Shown here piece by piece: positions 1 through 12,246 of a stretch of DNA of 64,000 nucleotides; the first letter of the stretch is position 1, and every line of letters begins with the position of its first letter. The DNA is from an uncultured Acidimicrobiales bacterium. Its GTDB lineage: Bacteria > Actinomycetota > Acidimicrobiia > Acidimicrobiales > JANYDT01. A model generated the notes under the pieces. The model was not told where the DNA came from and made no database searches. It worked only from the letters and a program-made list of their open reading frames with translations. The stretch is taken from positions 851,789 through 915,788 of the forward strand of contig CAVXNJ010000012.1 in assembly GCA_963763135.1 (NCBI GenBank), given 5' to 3'. Both the position numbers and the translations under genes were made by a program.

Positions 1-2
1 CT

Positions 3-1593
3 GGTGACCGGTTCTTCACCCCAATCGAGCGCGGGATCTACAAGCTCATCGGCGTCGATCAGGAAACGCGAGCAACGCTGGAACGTCTACGCGTTGTCGC
101 TGCTTGCATTCAGCGCAATCTCGTTCCTCGCGACCTACGCCCTGCAGCGCGGCCAAGGGCGTCCTCCCCTTCAATCCCACCAACCGGAACTCGGTTTCGC
201 CGTGGGGGGCGTTCAACACCGCCGTCAGCTTCGTGAGCAACACCAACTGGCAGTGGTACTCCGGCGAACAGACGATGAGTCACCTCACGCAGATGTTGGG
301 GCTTGCCGTGCAGAACTTTGTTTCTGCCGCGGCCGGTATGGCCGTTGTCGTCGCCATCATCCGCGGGATCACGCGAACCGGAACCCGGCAACTCGGAAAC
401 TTCTGGGTCGACCTGACCCGCACGGTGATCCGGGTCCTGCTCCCGCTGTCGTTCGTGCTTGCCCTCATCTTCGTGTCGCAGGGCGTGGTGCAGAACTTCC
501 ACGGCTCAACCGCGGCGACCACGGTCGAAAAGACCGTTCAATCGATCCCGGGCGGTCCGGTCGCATCGCAGATTGCGATCAAGCAACTCGGTTCGAACGG
601 TGGTGGCTTCTTCAACGCGAACAGCGCCCATCCGTTTGAGAACCCCAACGGGTGGACGAACCTCATCTCCATTTGGGCGATCGTGGTGCTGCCGTTTGCA
701 CTCGTCGTTGCGTTCGGCATCCTCGTGAAAGACAAACGTCAAGCTCGAACGGTCATGGTGGTCATGGCGGGTCTGTTTGTCGCCTTCTCCGCGTTCACCA
801 TGGTGGCCGAGCAGGCCGGCAACCCGAAACTGACGAGCATCGGCGTCGACCAGTCCGCCTCGGCCTATCAAACCGGTGGCAACCTCGAAGGAAAGGACGT
901 GCGGTTCGGGTCGGCGTCGTGCGGCCTGTGGGCGGGTGCCACCACCGGGACATCGAACGGCAGCGTGAACTGTATGCACGACAGCTTCACGGCCCTCGGC
1001 GGAATGGCTCCGATGGTGCACATGATGCTCGGTGAGGTCTCTCCCGGAGGCGTCGGCGTCGGACTCATGGGACTTCTCGTGTACGCGCTGCTCGCCGTGT
1101 TCATCGCCGGGCTCATGGTGGGTCGCACACCGGAGTACCTGGGCAAAAAGATCCAGGCCGCGGAGATGAAGCTCGTAACCCTCTACATCCTGGCCGTCCC
1201 GACGGCGCTCCTCGGGTTCAGCGCTGCCTCGGTCCTCATCAAGTCGGCCCACACGTTTCAACCGGGTCCTCACGGTCTCTCCGAGGTTCTGTACAACTTC
1301 GCGTCCGCGTCGAACAACAACGGCTCGGCGTTCGCCTACATGGGAACCGGTACGCAGTGGTACACGATCACCATGGGCATCGCGATGCTGGTGGGCCGAT
1401 TCCTCCTGATCATTCCGGCGTTGGCTATCGGAGCATCGCTCGCCGGCAAGCCGCGGGTACCTGAAACTTCCGGCACCCTTCCCACCCACACTCCACTTTT
1501 CGCCGGGCTCATCGTCGGCGTGATCGTGATCGTGACCGGTCTCACGTTCTTCCCGGCTCTTGCGCTGGGACCAATCCTCGAACACCTCTCACG

Positions 1594-1597
<4 letters not shown>
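3..1597 (+). pseudogene. kdpA: Potassium-transporting ATPase subunit KdpA; 5' end outside window; first ~160 nt need two +1 frame changes (true decay or assembly indels)
   Basis: ORF 104..1597 has KdpA hallmarks ([69 protein letters not shown]). Preceding KdpA-like segments sit in other frames: [20 protein letters not shown] in frame 3 (3..62), [26 protein letters not shown] in frame 1 (67..159), then VLPFNPT in frame 2 (161..). Confidence 0.7.
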
Positions 1598-3747
<2,150 letters not shown>

Positions 3748-3748
3748 T

Positions 3749-4336
3749 ATGCGTACATTCTTTCGTCAGCTGCGTCCGGCGTTGGGCGCCACGATTGTGA
3801 TGACGGTGCTGTGCGGAGTCGTCTATCCACTGCTGGTCACCGGTGTCGGCCAGGTGGCCTTCCACAACCGGGTGAACGGTTCGCTCGTCCGCCGCGAGGG
3901 GAAGGTGGTGGGCTCCGCGTTGATCGGTCAGGCCTTCACCGAAGCGAAGTACTTCCATTCCCGTCCGTCGGCGGCCGGGTCTGGGTATGACGGTTCCGCC
4001 AGCTCGGGCTCCAACCTAGGGCCCTCCAATCCAGATTTCCTTGCCGGGGTCAAAGACCGGGTACTTGCATATCGCACCGAAAACAAGCTCGACCCACAGG
4101 TCCAGGTTCCGGTCGACGCAGTCACCGCTTCGGCGTCAGGGCTGGACCCCGAGATAAGCGTCGCCAACGCCCGGCTGCAGGCAATGCGTGTCGCTTCCGT
4201 CAGGTCCCTTCCCCTGGACGTCGTGGTCAAAGCGATCAACGGGGCGAAGGTCGACCGCCCTCTTGGCTTCCTCGGTGACGACGGTGTCAACGTGCTCAAG
4301 TTGAACCTGGCGCTTGACGCTCTGGTCAAACAGTAA
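3749..4336 (+). CDS. kdpC: Potassium-transporting ATPase subunit KdpC
   Basis: 195-aa ORF starting 1 nt after the kdpB stop. N-terminal TM helix and KdpC-like [10 protein letters not shown] and [11 protein letters not shown] motifs. Confidence 0.9.
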   Translation: MRTFFRQLRPALGATIVMTVLCGVVYPLLVTGVGQVAFHNRVNGSLVRREGKVVGSALIGQAFTEAKYFHSRPSAAGSGYDGSASSGSNLGPSNPDFLAGVKDRVLAYRTENKLDPQVQVPVDAVTASASGLDPEISVANARLQAMRVASVRSLPLDVVVKAINGAKVDRPLGFLGDDGVNVLKLNLALDALVKQ

Positions 4337-4355
4337 CGATGAGAGACTGAGCAAC

Positions 4356-6917
4356 GTGACGCGCGGTGTCCTTCGCATCTACCTCGGGGCAGCCCCCGGC
4401 GTGGGGAAGACGTTCGCCATGCTCAACGAGGGTTGGCGTCGCAAACAACGCGGGTCCGACGTGGTCATCGGCATCGTGGAGACCCATGGGCGGGCGAACA
4501 CCGTTGAGCAACTGCGGGATCTGGAAGTGGTTCCGCGGCGTATGTTCACGTACCGCGACACGGTGATCGAGGACATGGATCTTGAGGCGGTCCTTCACCG
4601 ACGCCCCGATGTCTGCCTCGTTGACGAGCTGGCGCACACCAACCCGCCCGGCAGCAAGAACACAAAGCGCTGGCAGGACATCCACGATCTGCTCGATGCC
4701 GGCATCGATGTCATCTCCACTGTGAACATTCAGCACCTCGAATCGCTGAATGATGTCGTGGAACGGATCACCGGCGTGGCGCAGCGTGAGACCGTCCCCG
4801 ATGTTGTCGTGAGGGCCGCCGATCAGATCGAACTGGTCGATATGTCCCCCGAAGCGCTGCGGCGTCGGATGGCTCACGGGAACATCTACCCGTCCGAACG
4901 GATCGACACGGCGCTGGCAAACTACTTCCGCGTGGGCAATCTCGGGGCACTTCGTGAGCTCGCGCTGTTGTGGGTCGCCGATCGGGTCGAGGAATCACTC
5001 CAGGACTATCTCGAGCACCACGGCATCGTCGAAGCTTGGGAGACCCGGGAACGTGTCGTGGTGGCGCTCACTGGTGACCCGGGATCCGATGCGTTGATCC
5101 GCCGCGCAGCCCGCATGGCCGGCCGCAGGCGTGGTGAACTCGTAGGTGTCCACGTCGCGCCGTCTGACGGCCTCCGCTCCCGCTCCGACTCCTCGGAGGG
5201 TTTGGAGGCGAGCCGAAACCTCGTCACCCAACTCGGTGGTCGGTACCGTGAGATCGTCGCCGACGACCGCGCCCGGGCGCTCGTCGATTTTGCGAGAGCC
5301 GAACACGCGACACAGCTTGTCATCGGCTCCCGCCCCGACCACGGCTGGCGGGATCGGATCTTCGGTTCGTTTGCCCGCCAGGTGATTGCCCTCAGCGGGA
5401 CCCTCGACGTTCACGTGATCTCGGTCGCTCCACACGATGCCGCCACCGAACGCGACAGCCAATCCGCCCGCCGATCGGCGCGTCGTACGGGTCGGCCGCT
5501 CAGACCTCAACGTGTGCTCAGTGCGTGGGCGATGTTCGCCTTCGGGTTACCCGTGCTTGTTGCAGTCCTGGTTCCGTTCCGTGAGCGGTTGGCCGTCGCG
5601 ACTTCTCTGCTTATCCTGTTGGCCTTCGTGCTCGCCGTCTCGGCTGTTGGCGGCCGAAGGATCAGCGTTCTGGCCGCGCTTACTGCGGCGGTGGCGGAGA
5701 ACTGGTTCTTCGTCGAACCAGTAGGCACACTTACTATTGCCAGCAATCAAAACCTCGTTGCGCTGGTCGTGTTCGTGTTGGTGGCGGTCACGGTCGGAAC
5801 GCTGGTCGAACGCACGGCCAAACGCTCAAACGAGGTCGGGCGGGCCCGAGCTGAAGCCGAGGCCCTCGCCCGCTCGAGCGTGACGCTCGCCGGCGAAGCC
5901 GACCCGGTGCCCGGCCTACTCGATCAGATCCGCACGGTGTTCGGATTCGAAGGAACGGCCGTCCTGGCCCGAAACTCCGACGGCTGGACCGTGGTCGCCG
6001 GGTCCGGCGCCACCGTGCCGCACCGGCCGGAAGAGGGCGAGGCCTTCCAACTGGCGTCAGCCGAACCGACCCAGGACCTCATGCTGGTCGTGAACGGGCG
6101 CCGCCTTGGAACCGACGACCGTCGCATCCTGAACGTGCTGGCAACGCAACTCGCGGTTGGTCTCGAATCCCGAAGGCTGAGCGGGGAGGCGGAAACAGCG
6201 CAGGTGCTCGGCCAGGTCGACTCCGTGCGCACCGCGCTGCTCCGCGCCGTGTCCCATGACCTTCGCAGTCCGCTCGCCGCCATCAAGACGTACGTTACGG
6301 GTCTCCTCGCCACCGATGTCACGTGGACCGACGATCAGGTCCACGACACGCTCACCGAGATTGACGGTGAGACCGATCGCCTGAACCGGGTCGTCGGTAA
6401 TCTGCTCGATGCGTCGCGGCTCGAGGCCGGCATCACGGCCGTTTCACTGTGTGCCACCGCCGTCCAGGACGTCGTTTGGTCGGCGGTGAGCAACTTCGGC
6501 TCGGCCGTCGAAGTGCGCATCGCCGACGACACGCCGCCGGCGCTTGCCGACCCGGCCCTCCTGGAGCGGACCATAGCGAACGTGGTAGCGAACGCAGTGC
6601 GCTTCCAACCCACCGGTTCACCGGTGATCGTCGATGCCGCGAAAATCCTCAACGAGATTCAGGTGCGCGTCGTGGACCTGGGCCCCGGGATACCCGACGA
6701 TCAGCGGGTGGACGTCATGAAGCCGTTTCAGCGACTCGGTGACCGCCCATTAGGCGAAGGCGTCGGTCTCGGGCTGGCAATCGCGAGTGGATTCGTTGAA
6801 GCGATGCACGGAACCTTCTCGTTCGAGGACACGCCCGGCGGAGGGCTTACTGTGGTGATATCGCTACCCGCCTTTCCCGACCCATGCGGTCCCGAACCGA
6901 CAGGCCCAACACCATGA
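4356..6917 (+). CDS. kdpD: Sensor histidine kinase KdpD
   Basis: N-terminal KdpD domain with P-loop GAAPGVGKT, Usp-like region, TM block, and HisKA H-box RTALLRAVSHDLRSPL followed by an ATPase domain. Start taken at the in-frame GTG 4356 (MTRGVLRIYLG); TTG 4314 would overlap kdpC. Confidence 0.9.
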   Translation: MTRGVLRIYLGAAPGVGKTFAMLNEGWRRKQRGSDVVIGIVETHGRANTVEQLRDLEVVPRRMFTYRDTVIEDMDLEAVLHRRPDVCLVDELAHTNPPGSKNTKRWQDIHDLLDAGIDVISTVNIQHLESLNDVVERITGVAQRETVPDVVVRAADQIELVDMSPEALRRRMAHGNIYPSERIDTALANYFRVGNLGALRELALLWVADRVEESLQDYLEHHGIVEAWETRERVVVALTGDPGSDALIRRAARMAGRRRGELVGVHVAPSDGLRSRSDSSEGLEASRNLVTQLGGRYREIVADDRARALVDFARAEHATQLVIGSRPDHGWRDRIFGSFARQVIALSGTLDVHVISVAPHDAATERDSQSARRSARRTGRPLRPQRVLSAWAMFAFGLPVLVAVLVPFRERLAVATSLLILLAFVLAVSAVGGRRISVLAALTAAVAENWFFVEPVGTLTIASNQNLVALVVFVLVAVTVGTLVERTAKRSNEVGRARAEAEALARSSVTLAGEADPVPGLLDQIRTVFGFEGTAVLARNSDGWTVVAGSGATVPHRPEEGEAFQLASAEPTQDLMLVVNGRRLGTDDRRILNVLATQLAVGLESRRLSGEAETAQVLGQVDSVRTALLRAVSHDLRSPLAAIKTYVTGLLATDVTWTDDQVHDTLTEIDGETDRLNRVVGNLLDASRLEAGITAVSLCATAVQDVVWSAVSNFGSAVEVRIADDTPPALADPALLERTIANVVANAVRFQPTGSPVIVDAAKILNEIQVRVVDLGPGIPDDQRVDVMKPFQRLGDRPLGEGVGLGLAIASGFVEAMHGTFSFEDTPGGGLTVVISLPAFPDPCGPEPTGPTP

Positions 6918-7615
6918 CGCTGATTCTCATCGTCGATGACGAACCGCAGATCCGCCGCGCGCTTCGGGTCAATCTGGAAGCCCGGTCGTACGACACCGTC
7001 GAGGCGGAAGACGGACGGGCGGCGTTGCGGACCGCAGCCGACGCGAATCCCGATGTGATCCTGCTCGATCTCGGCCTACCCGACATCGACGGGGTCGACA
7101 TCGTGACCGGAATCCGCGGTTGGAGCCAGGTGCCCATCATCGTGCTGACGGCTCGAGACGATGAGCGCTCGAAAGTCCTAGCGCTCGACGCCGGTGCCGA
7201 CGACTACGTCACCAAGCCGTTCGGGATCAACGAACTCCTCGCGCGTATCCGGGCATCACTCCGACGGATCGGGCCGACCGATGAAAGCCCGGCCATCATC
7301 ACCACCGACGCATTCATCATTGATCTCTCGGCCAAGACCGCCGCACGCAGGAACGACTTCTCCAGCATCACGCCGACCGACGTGCACCTCACGCCAACCG
7401 AGTGGTCGATCGTCGAATACCTGGTTCGTCACCCGGACCGCCTCGTTACCCAACGTCAGATCGTCGACGCGGTTTGGGGCCCTGCGTACGCGATCGACGC
7501 CAACCTGATCCGGGTACATCTCACGCACATTCGGGCCAAGCTCGAACCGGAGCCGGCTCACCCGAAATACTTCGTCACCGAACCCGGTATGGGTTACCGG
7601 TTCGTCAACGGTTAG
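6914..7615 (+). CDS. kdpE: OmpR-family response regulator KdpE
   Basis: MTLILIVDDEPQIRR receiver domain with DLGLPDIDG, and a C-terminal winged-helix (TEPGMGYRF). ATG overlaps the kdpD TGA (ATGA). Confidence 0.92.
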   Translation: MTLILIVDDEPQIRRALRVNLEARSYDTVEAEDGRAALRTAADANPDVILLDLGLPDIDGVDIVTGIRGWSQVPIIVLTARDDERSKVLALDAGADDYVTKPFGINELLARIRASLRRIGPTDESPAIITTDAFIIDLSAKTAARRNDFSSITPTDVHLTPTEWSIVEYLVRHPDRLVTQRQIVDAVWGPAYAIDANLIRVHLTHIRAKLEPEPAHPKYFVTEPGMGYRFVNG

Positions 7616-9239
7616 TGGCGCCAAGTCCCTTGCTGGTGATCCCGATGAGCGAAAAGTAGACAACCGCTCCGGACAGGATCATGGCTTTGAACAATCCCGG
7701 AACCGCTGAATGCAGCGTCGCGGAATGGAACGTTGAACGACTCCAGAGGATCGTGGCGGCCGAGCCAACGAGAGCGACAAGGGGCGATACCAGCGTGTAG
7801 CCGACAGCGAGTTCCGGAGTCTGCAGCATCATGGAAAATGGCGGAGGGCCGATTACAAGGCTCAACGCGGCACCGGCGGTCGCGGTGAGTCCGCCCACGA
7901 TCCCCACGACGACACATACCCCGAGGGTCGCCAGGTCAGCGTGGGCCACGCTGTTGATCGCAAGACCCGTGAGGAAGGCAAAGAGACCACTAAGCGCACC
8001 TACGATACCGAGCACCACGAACGGCACGATGGTCTGCCGGTTGGCCATGCGACCCCGGTGACGAGGCATCATGGCCGCAAGGTCGGGATGGTCCACGTCT
8101 TGGGCCATCGTCTCACACGCGTCGAGCGCAACAAGGTACAGAGCGACTCCGGGAATGATGACAAGTGGAATCGTATGTTCCCATGCGATTCGCGCGGCAA
8201 CACCAGCGACCGCAGCGTTGAGCACAACCCGCAGCACCCGCGACAGAGGCCACCGGGCAATGCCCCGAAGCGCGCGGACCCGAATGGCACTGTCTAGGCC
8301 GACCCCGCTCTTCACCTTGAACCACGGCTTCTGCCTCGGGCGCTCCGCAGCGAGCTGGCGGCGCAGAAGGAGGGCAGCGCGCAGGTCCTGAGTCGTCACC
8401 GCGAACCGAAGTTCGCCAACGAGGGCCGTACGGCGCTCGGCCTGCTCCAGCGATGTCCCACCGAGACCGATCCGACCGAAAATCGCCGTGGACAACGCAA
8501 GGACGGTAAGGGCGGCGAGTCCGAGGATTGGCGCCACGGACAGCCCGCTCTTGTTCGGGAGGCAGTAAAAGAGACCGGAGCCGATCAGCGTAGTAGGTGA
8601 ACTTACGATTTTTCCGAGGAGGTCGACGAAGGCCCAGGCGAGCAGCGCGAACATCGCGGCCGACGCCGGACGACGCCCGAGACCGCGACCACTTGCGATT
8701 GCGGCGATCCCAGTGAAGGCGATCCCGAGAAGCCCACCAAACCCGGCACCGGTGGCGATCCAACCGCCGGCCGGACCGAGGAGAAACGGGCGGGTGCACG
8801 CACCTATTGCCACCCCGGCGAGGCTGCCGATGTACACGCCACGACGGAGCTGATGGACATACGGACGCCCGAGGGACAAGCGTCGAGGGATCGGAGATTG
8901 CATGACGTGGGTTACGTCGGCACCCTCAAGAGAAAGTGGACCGCCGCGGCTCCCCGATCGAAGAGCGCCACCAAGGGCCAGCGCGACGAGTAGACCGGCC
9001 GCGGCCGGACCGTGGGCAAGAACCTGCTCGCGCGTATGGGTACCAAGTTTCGGCGTTCCGAGAAGCGTCACGATCCACCAGAGCAGAAACCCGCCGCCAC
9101 CGAACACTATGTACAGGCGGTAGATCGAGTCTGACCAGTGAATGTCCTGGAGTCGATGGGCCCGGCGAGCAGAGCGCAGGTCGCGAAGCGCCAACCGCGG
9201 CGCGTCGGTCATCGCGCGCCCGGCAAAGACGGTCTTCAT
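7605..9239 (-). CDS. Polytopic membrane protein of unknown family, probable permease partner of the upstream ABC ATPase
   Basis: 544 codons from ATG 9239, with many hydrophobic helices. Its ATG overlaps the TGA of the ABC ATPase gene (ATGA at 9236-9239). No family recognised by eye. Confidence 0.7.
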   Translation of the reverse strand: MKTVFAGRAMTDAPRLALRDLRSARRAHRLQDIHWSDSIYRLYIVFGGGGFLLWWIVTLLGTPKLGTHTREQVLAHGPAAAGLLVALALGGALRSGSRGGPLSLEGADVTHVMQSPIPRRLSLGRPYVHQLRRGVYIGSLAGVAIGACTRPFLLGPAGGWIATGAGFGGLLGIAFTGIAAIASGRGLGRRPASAAMFALLAWAFVDLLGKIVSSPTTLIGSGLFYCLPNKSGLSVAPILGLAALTVLALSTAIFGRIGLGGTSLEQAERRTALVGELRFAVTTQDLRAALLLRRQLAAERPRQKPWFKVKSGVGLDSAIRVRALRGIARWPLSRVLRVVLNAAVAGVAARIAWEHTIPLVIIPGVALYLVALDACETMAQDVDHPDLAAMMPRHRGRMANRQTIVPFVVLGIVGALSGLFAFLTGLAINSVAHADLATLGVCVVVGIVGGLTATAGAALSLVIGPPPFSMMLQTPELAVGYTLVSPLVALVGSAATILWSRSTFHSATLHSAVPGLFKAMILSGAVVYFSLIGITSKGLGATNR

Positions 9240-9901
9240 CCCATCAGCGCAAGGACTTCTTGCGCATCGAGCTTCCCCGACATAACGACCGCACCGTCGC
9301 TCAACGCGACACATTGATCGGCCCGCTCGAGAAACCCGAGTTCGTGCGTCGACACGAGGACCGCAGTCCCGTTTGCCGCTGCTTGCCCGACGAGCTCAAG
9401 GAACCCGGCCTTACCCGACGCGTCGAGCCCGACGAACGGCTCGTCGATCAGCAGAAGCGACATCGGTCGGACGAATCCGATCGCCAACGATGTCTTCTGC
9501 CGTAGCCCTCGGCTGAACCGGGACGGCAGGTCATCTGCGCGCATACGAAGACCGAGGACATCGAGAAGGCTCCAGGCGTGCTCCTCCCAATCTTCGACTT
9601 CGTGCATCCGAGCGATGTACTCCAGATGCTCGATGACGCTTAGGTCGTCGTAGAGGACCGGGTTGTCAGAGATGTACGACGTGGCCGCCCGGGCTTCGAT
9701 CGTGCCCGGCTCGTTGCCGTCGACGGTGACCTCACCGGACGTTTTGTCGAGGAGGCCCGAAATGATTCGAAGCAGCGTGCTCTTGCCCGCGCCGTTGGAT
9801 CCAACGAGGGCGACGGTTTGCCCGGCAGCGACCTTCATCGAAACCCCATCGAGGGCGAGGAGATCCCCGAAGTCCTTCACCACGTCTTGCACGATTAGCA
9901 C
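9236..9901 (-). CDS. ABC transporter ATP-binding protein
   Basis: 221 aa with Walker A GSNGAGKST, signature-like FSRGLRQK, and Walker B LLLIDEPFVGLD. Confidence 0.9.
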   Translation of the reverse strand: MLIVQDVVKDFGDLLALDGVSMKVAAGQTVALVGSNGAGKSTLLRIISGLLDKTSGEVTVDGNEPGTIEARAATSYISDNPVLYDDLSVIEHLEYIARMHEVEDWEEHAWSLLDVLGLRMRADDLPSRFSRGLRQKTSLAIGFVRPMSLLLIDEPFVGLDASGKAGFLELVGQAAANGTAVLVSTHELGFLERADQCVALSDGAVVMSGKLDAQEVLALMG

Positions 9902-10052
9902 GCGTCAACGCTAGTCCACGGGGTGTTCGCCGCCTCACCCGACCCTGAAGACGCTCCAGGTTGCATGATCGGCGACGGTGAAGCGGGAGAAGTGACGTGG
10001 CCCTAGCGAGACAACGTTCAAACCCCGGGCCGTCGGCGAAAGCGGAAAGAGC

Positions 10053-10136
10053 GAGCGAAGCGAGCGAGTGCAGCTCTCGCGAGCGAAGCGAGCGAGTGCA
10101 GCTCTCGCGAGCGAAGCGAGTGAGTGCAGCTCTGAG
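10053..10136. repeat. 28-bp tandem repeat, 3 copies (GAGCGAAGCGAGCGAGTGCAGCTCTCGC)
   Basis: Copies at 10053-10080, 10081-10108 (identical) and 10109-10136 (3 mismatches). Lies in the divergent intergenic region between the ABC ATPase gene and the EEP gene. Each unit holds a GCGAG-N7-CTCGC inverted repeat. Confidence 0.9.
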
Positions 10137-10255
10137 ACCGAATGAACGGCCGACAGCGGTGGGTGCCGAAGTGCTGGTGGAAGGCCCGCAGGGCTGCGAA
10201 GCAGGCCCTGCGCAGACACGGCCCGCCGCCATAGAGAGTGTCCTACGATTTGGGA

Positions 10256-11059
10256 ATGTCGCTTCGGGTAATGACGTGGAACGTGTGGTGGCGATTCGGC
10301 CCGTGGGAACAGCGGCAGGCCGCGATCGTTTCGACGCTCAAGGCCGAACGCGCCGACGTCATTTGCCTGCAGGAAGTTTGGGCCAGCGATTCTGGCGACG
10401 ATCAGGCGGCGATCGTCGCGAATGCCATTGGATTTCATCACGCCCGCACCCCGACGCCGTTCTGGGAAGGGTTCTCGTTCGGTAACGCCGTGCTCAGCCG
10501 ATGGCCGATTCTCGACGCGCAGACCCTTCCGCTCCCGGATGCGTCGGGTAAGGCATCGCATCGCAGCGCACTCCTGACCACGATCGACGCGCCGTTCGGA
10601 CCGCTCCAGGTCGTGTCCACCCATGTCGAGTTCCGCTTCGACCGCAGCGGTACCCGTGAGATTCAAACCCGTGCGTTGGCCCGGCTCGTCGCCGGGAGCC
10701 GGAATGATCCGGAGACATCGTTTCCGGTCGTGATCGGTGGCGACTTCAATGCGCTCCCACACGCGGATGAGATGCGGCATCTCTTCGGAGCATCAACTCC
10801 GGAGCAGGAGAATCTGATCTTCCACGATGCATGGGCACTCGCCGGCGACGGTGGCCCGGGGCACACGTGGTCGTCGACGAATCCCCATCTGGCCGATGCC
10901 ACCTGGCCGAATCGACGACTCGACTACATCCTCGTGTCATGGCCCCGTCCGAAAGCGGTCGGTACGCCGGTGGCGTGCTGGACGAGTGGCCACGTCCCGG
11001 TCAACGGCGTTGTCGCATCGGACCACTTCGCCGTCGTGGCCGACCTCCGCACCGAGTAG
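10256..11059 (+). CDS. Endonuclease/exonuclease/phosphatase (EEP) family protein
   Basis: MTWNVWWRFGPWEQR..ADVICLQEVW..GGDFNA..SDHFAV pattern typical of the EEP fold. Start uncertain (GTG 10238, ATG 10256, ATG 10271). Confidence 0.8.
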   Translation: MSLRVMTWNVWWRFGPWEQRQAAIVSTLKAERADVICLQEVWASDSGDDQAAIVANAIGFHHARTPTPFWEGFSFGNAVLSRWPILDAQTLPLPDASGKASHRSALLTTIDAPFGPLQVVSTHVEFRFDRSGTREIQTRALARLVAGSRNDPETSFPVVIGGDFNALPHADEMRHLFGASTPEQENLIFHDAWALAGDGGPGHTWSSTNPHLADATWPNRRLDYILVSWPRPKAVGTPVACWTSGHVPVNGVVASDHFAVVADLRTE

Positions 11060-11106
11060 TAGCCGACCAGGACCGAGTAATGGCCGGAAGGGTCTTCAGG
11101 GCAGGC

Positions 11107-11718
11107 TCACCAACGGCCGTAGTGAACCACGTCGGTCAATGGGCGGCGTGCCCGACGCGACGGTGAACCTTCACGGCCCACGTCCAACGCAGCGTCGGTC
11201 GGATATCCGAGTGCAATTGCGCCGATCGGACGCTTTCCTTCCGGCACACCAAGGTTGGCCAGCATGGCCCTTTCGTTGCGAAAGATGCCGAAGAACAGTG
11301 CGCCGAGCCCCTCATTGACGACAGCGTAAAGCAGTGCCATTCCGGCCATACCGGTATCGATGAACCAGTACGGCACGGGCCAGGCATCCTCGCTGCCACC
11401 AAGACCAGTGCGCGCTTTGTCGGGTTGGGAGTAGCGCTCGAGGTACGCCGACGCATCGGCCATCGGCAGCACGATCACGGGGGCCGCAAGCAGCCCGGGC
11501 CAACGGAACCCGGCCCGTTCGGCGATCGGGAGCGTCTGTTCCCAGAAGCGCTCCGTTTCGTCCCCTTCGAGGACCAGGAAATCGATGCCCTGGGAGAACC
11601 CGGCACTCGGGACGCGACGGGCTTGATCGAGCATGCGGTCGAGCACATCGCGAGGTACGGGATCGGAACGGAAATCTCGAACCATCTTTCGGCGAGCCAC
11701 AAGGTCAATCCAGTCCAC
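11107..11718 (-). CDS. Nitroreductase family protein
   Basis: 203 aa. RKMVRDFRSDPVPRDVLDRMLDQARRVPSAGFSQG matches the N-terminal nitroreductase signature. GTG start. Confidence 0.75.
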   Translation of the reverse strand: MDWIDLVARRKMVRDFRSDPVPRDVLDRMLDQARRVPSAGFSQGIDFLVLEGDETERFWEQTLPIAERAGFRWPGLLAAPVIVLPMADASAYLERYSQPDKARTGLGGSEDAWPVPYWFIDTGMAGMALLYAVVNEGLGALFFGIFRNERAMLANLGVPEGKRPIGAIALGYPTDAALDVGREGSPSRRARRPLTDVVHYGRW

Positions 11719-11790
11719 GAGAGAACCGTAGTCGTAAGCGCGCAGGATATTTCGCTAAAGGATCAACCGGAAGCAGCCGATCTTTCAATT

Positions 11791-12210
11791 ATGAATCGGG
11801 TCTCATCTCTGCACACTCGGCGCATCGCACGACGCTTTTTGTTTTCGATGGCGGTGCCCCTGGGCGTGTTTGCTTCCGCGGCACACGCGGACACGCTCGA
11901 TCAGACCCCGGCACCGTCCCCCGACACCATCGCCAAGCAGTTCCCCGCCATTCCCTCGACGACGGTCCCCGGCATAACCCTTCCCGCCCGGCTGGCCCAG
12001 ACCGACACCACGCTTCCCGGCACGTCAACGTCTGACACCACTACGGCCGACGTGCCGGTACCGGAAGCCGATCCGACCGCCACGGTCAACCCGGCTTTGG
12101 CCGAGACCGGACTGATCAGCCAGGACGTTCTCTTCGCCGGTCTCGCTCTCCTAGCCCTTGGCACCGGCCTCGCAATGGGCGTCGACACAAAGCCACAGAA
12201 GACGAAGTAG
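11791..12210 (+). CDS. Small secreted Pro/Thr-rich protein with LAETG sortase sorting signal
   Basis: ATG 11791 gives a signal peptide (..VFASAAHA/DT), then about 70 aa of P/T/D-rich sequence. This is followed by LAETG, a hydrophobic segment (VLFAGLALLALGTGLAMG) and a basic tail (KPQKTK). Confidence 0.65.
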   Translation: MNRVSSLHTRRIARRFLFSMAVPLGVFASAAHADTLDQTPAPSPDTIAKQFPAIPSTTVPGITLPARLAQTDTTLPGTSTSDTTTADVPVPEADPTATVNPALAETGLISQDVLFAGLALLALGTGLAMGVDTKPQKTK

Positions 12211-12246
12211 CCGAAAGTAGCCGAAGCACCCGGCGGTCCTACCGTT

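Noticed and set aside
9935-10780. 281-aa minus-strand ORF spanning the 28-bp repeats and overlapping the EEP gene.
   Set aside because: It is antisense to a gene with clear EEP motifs, its N-terminal part is Arg-rich, and its C-terminal part is a translation of the tandem repeat.
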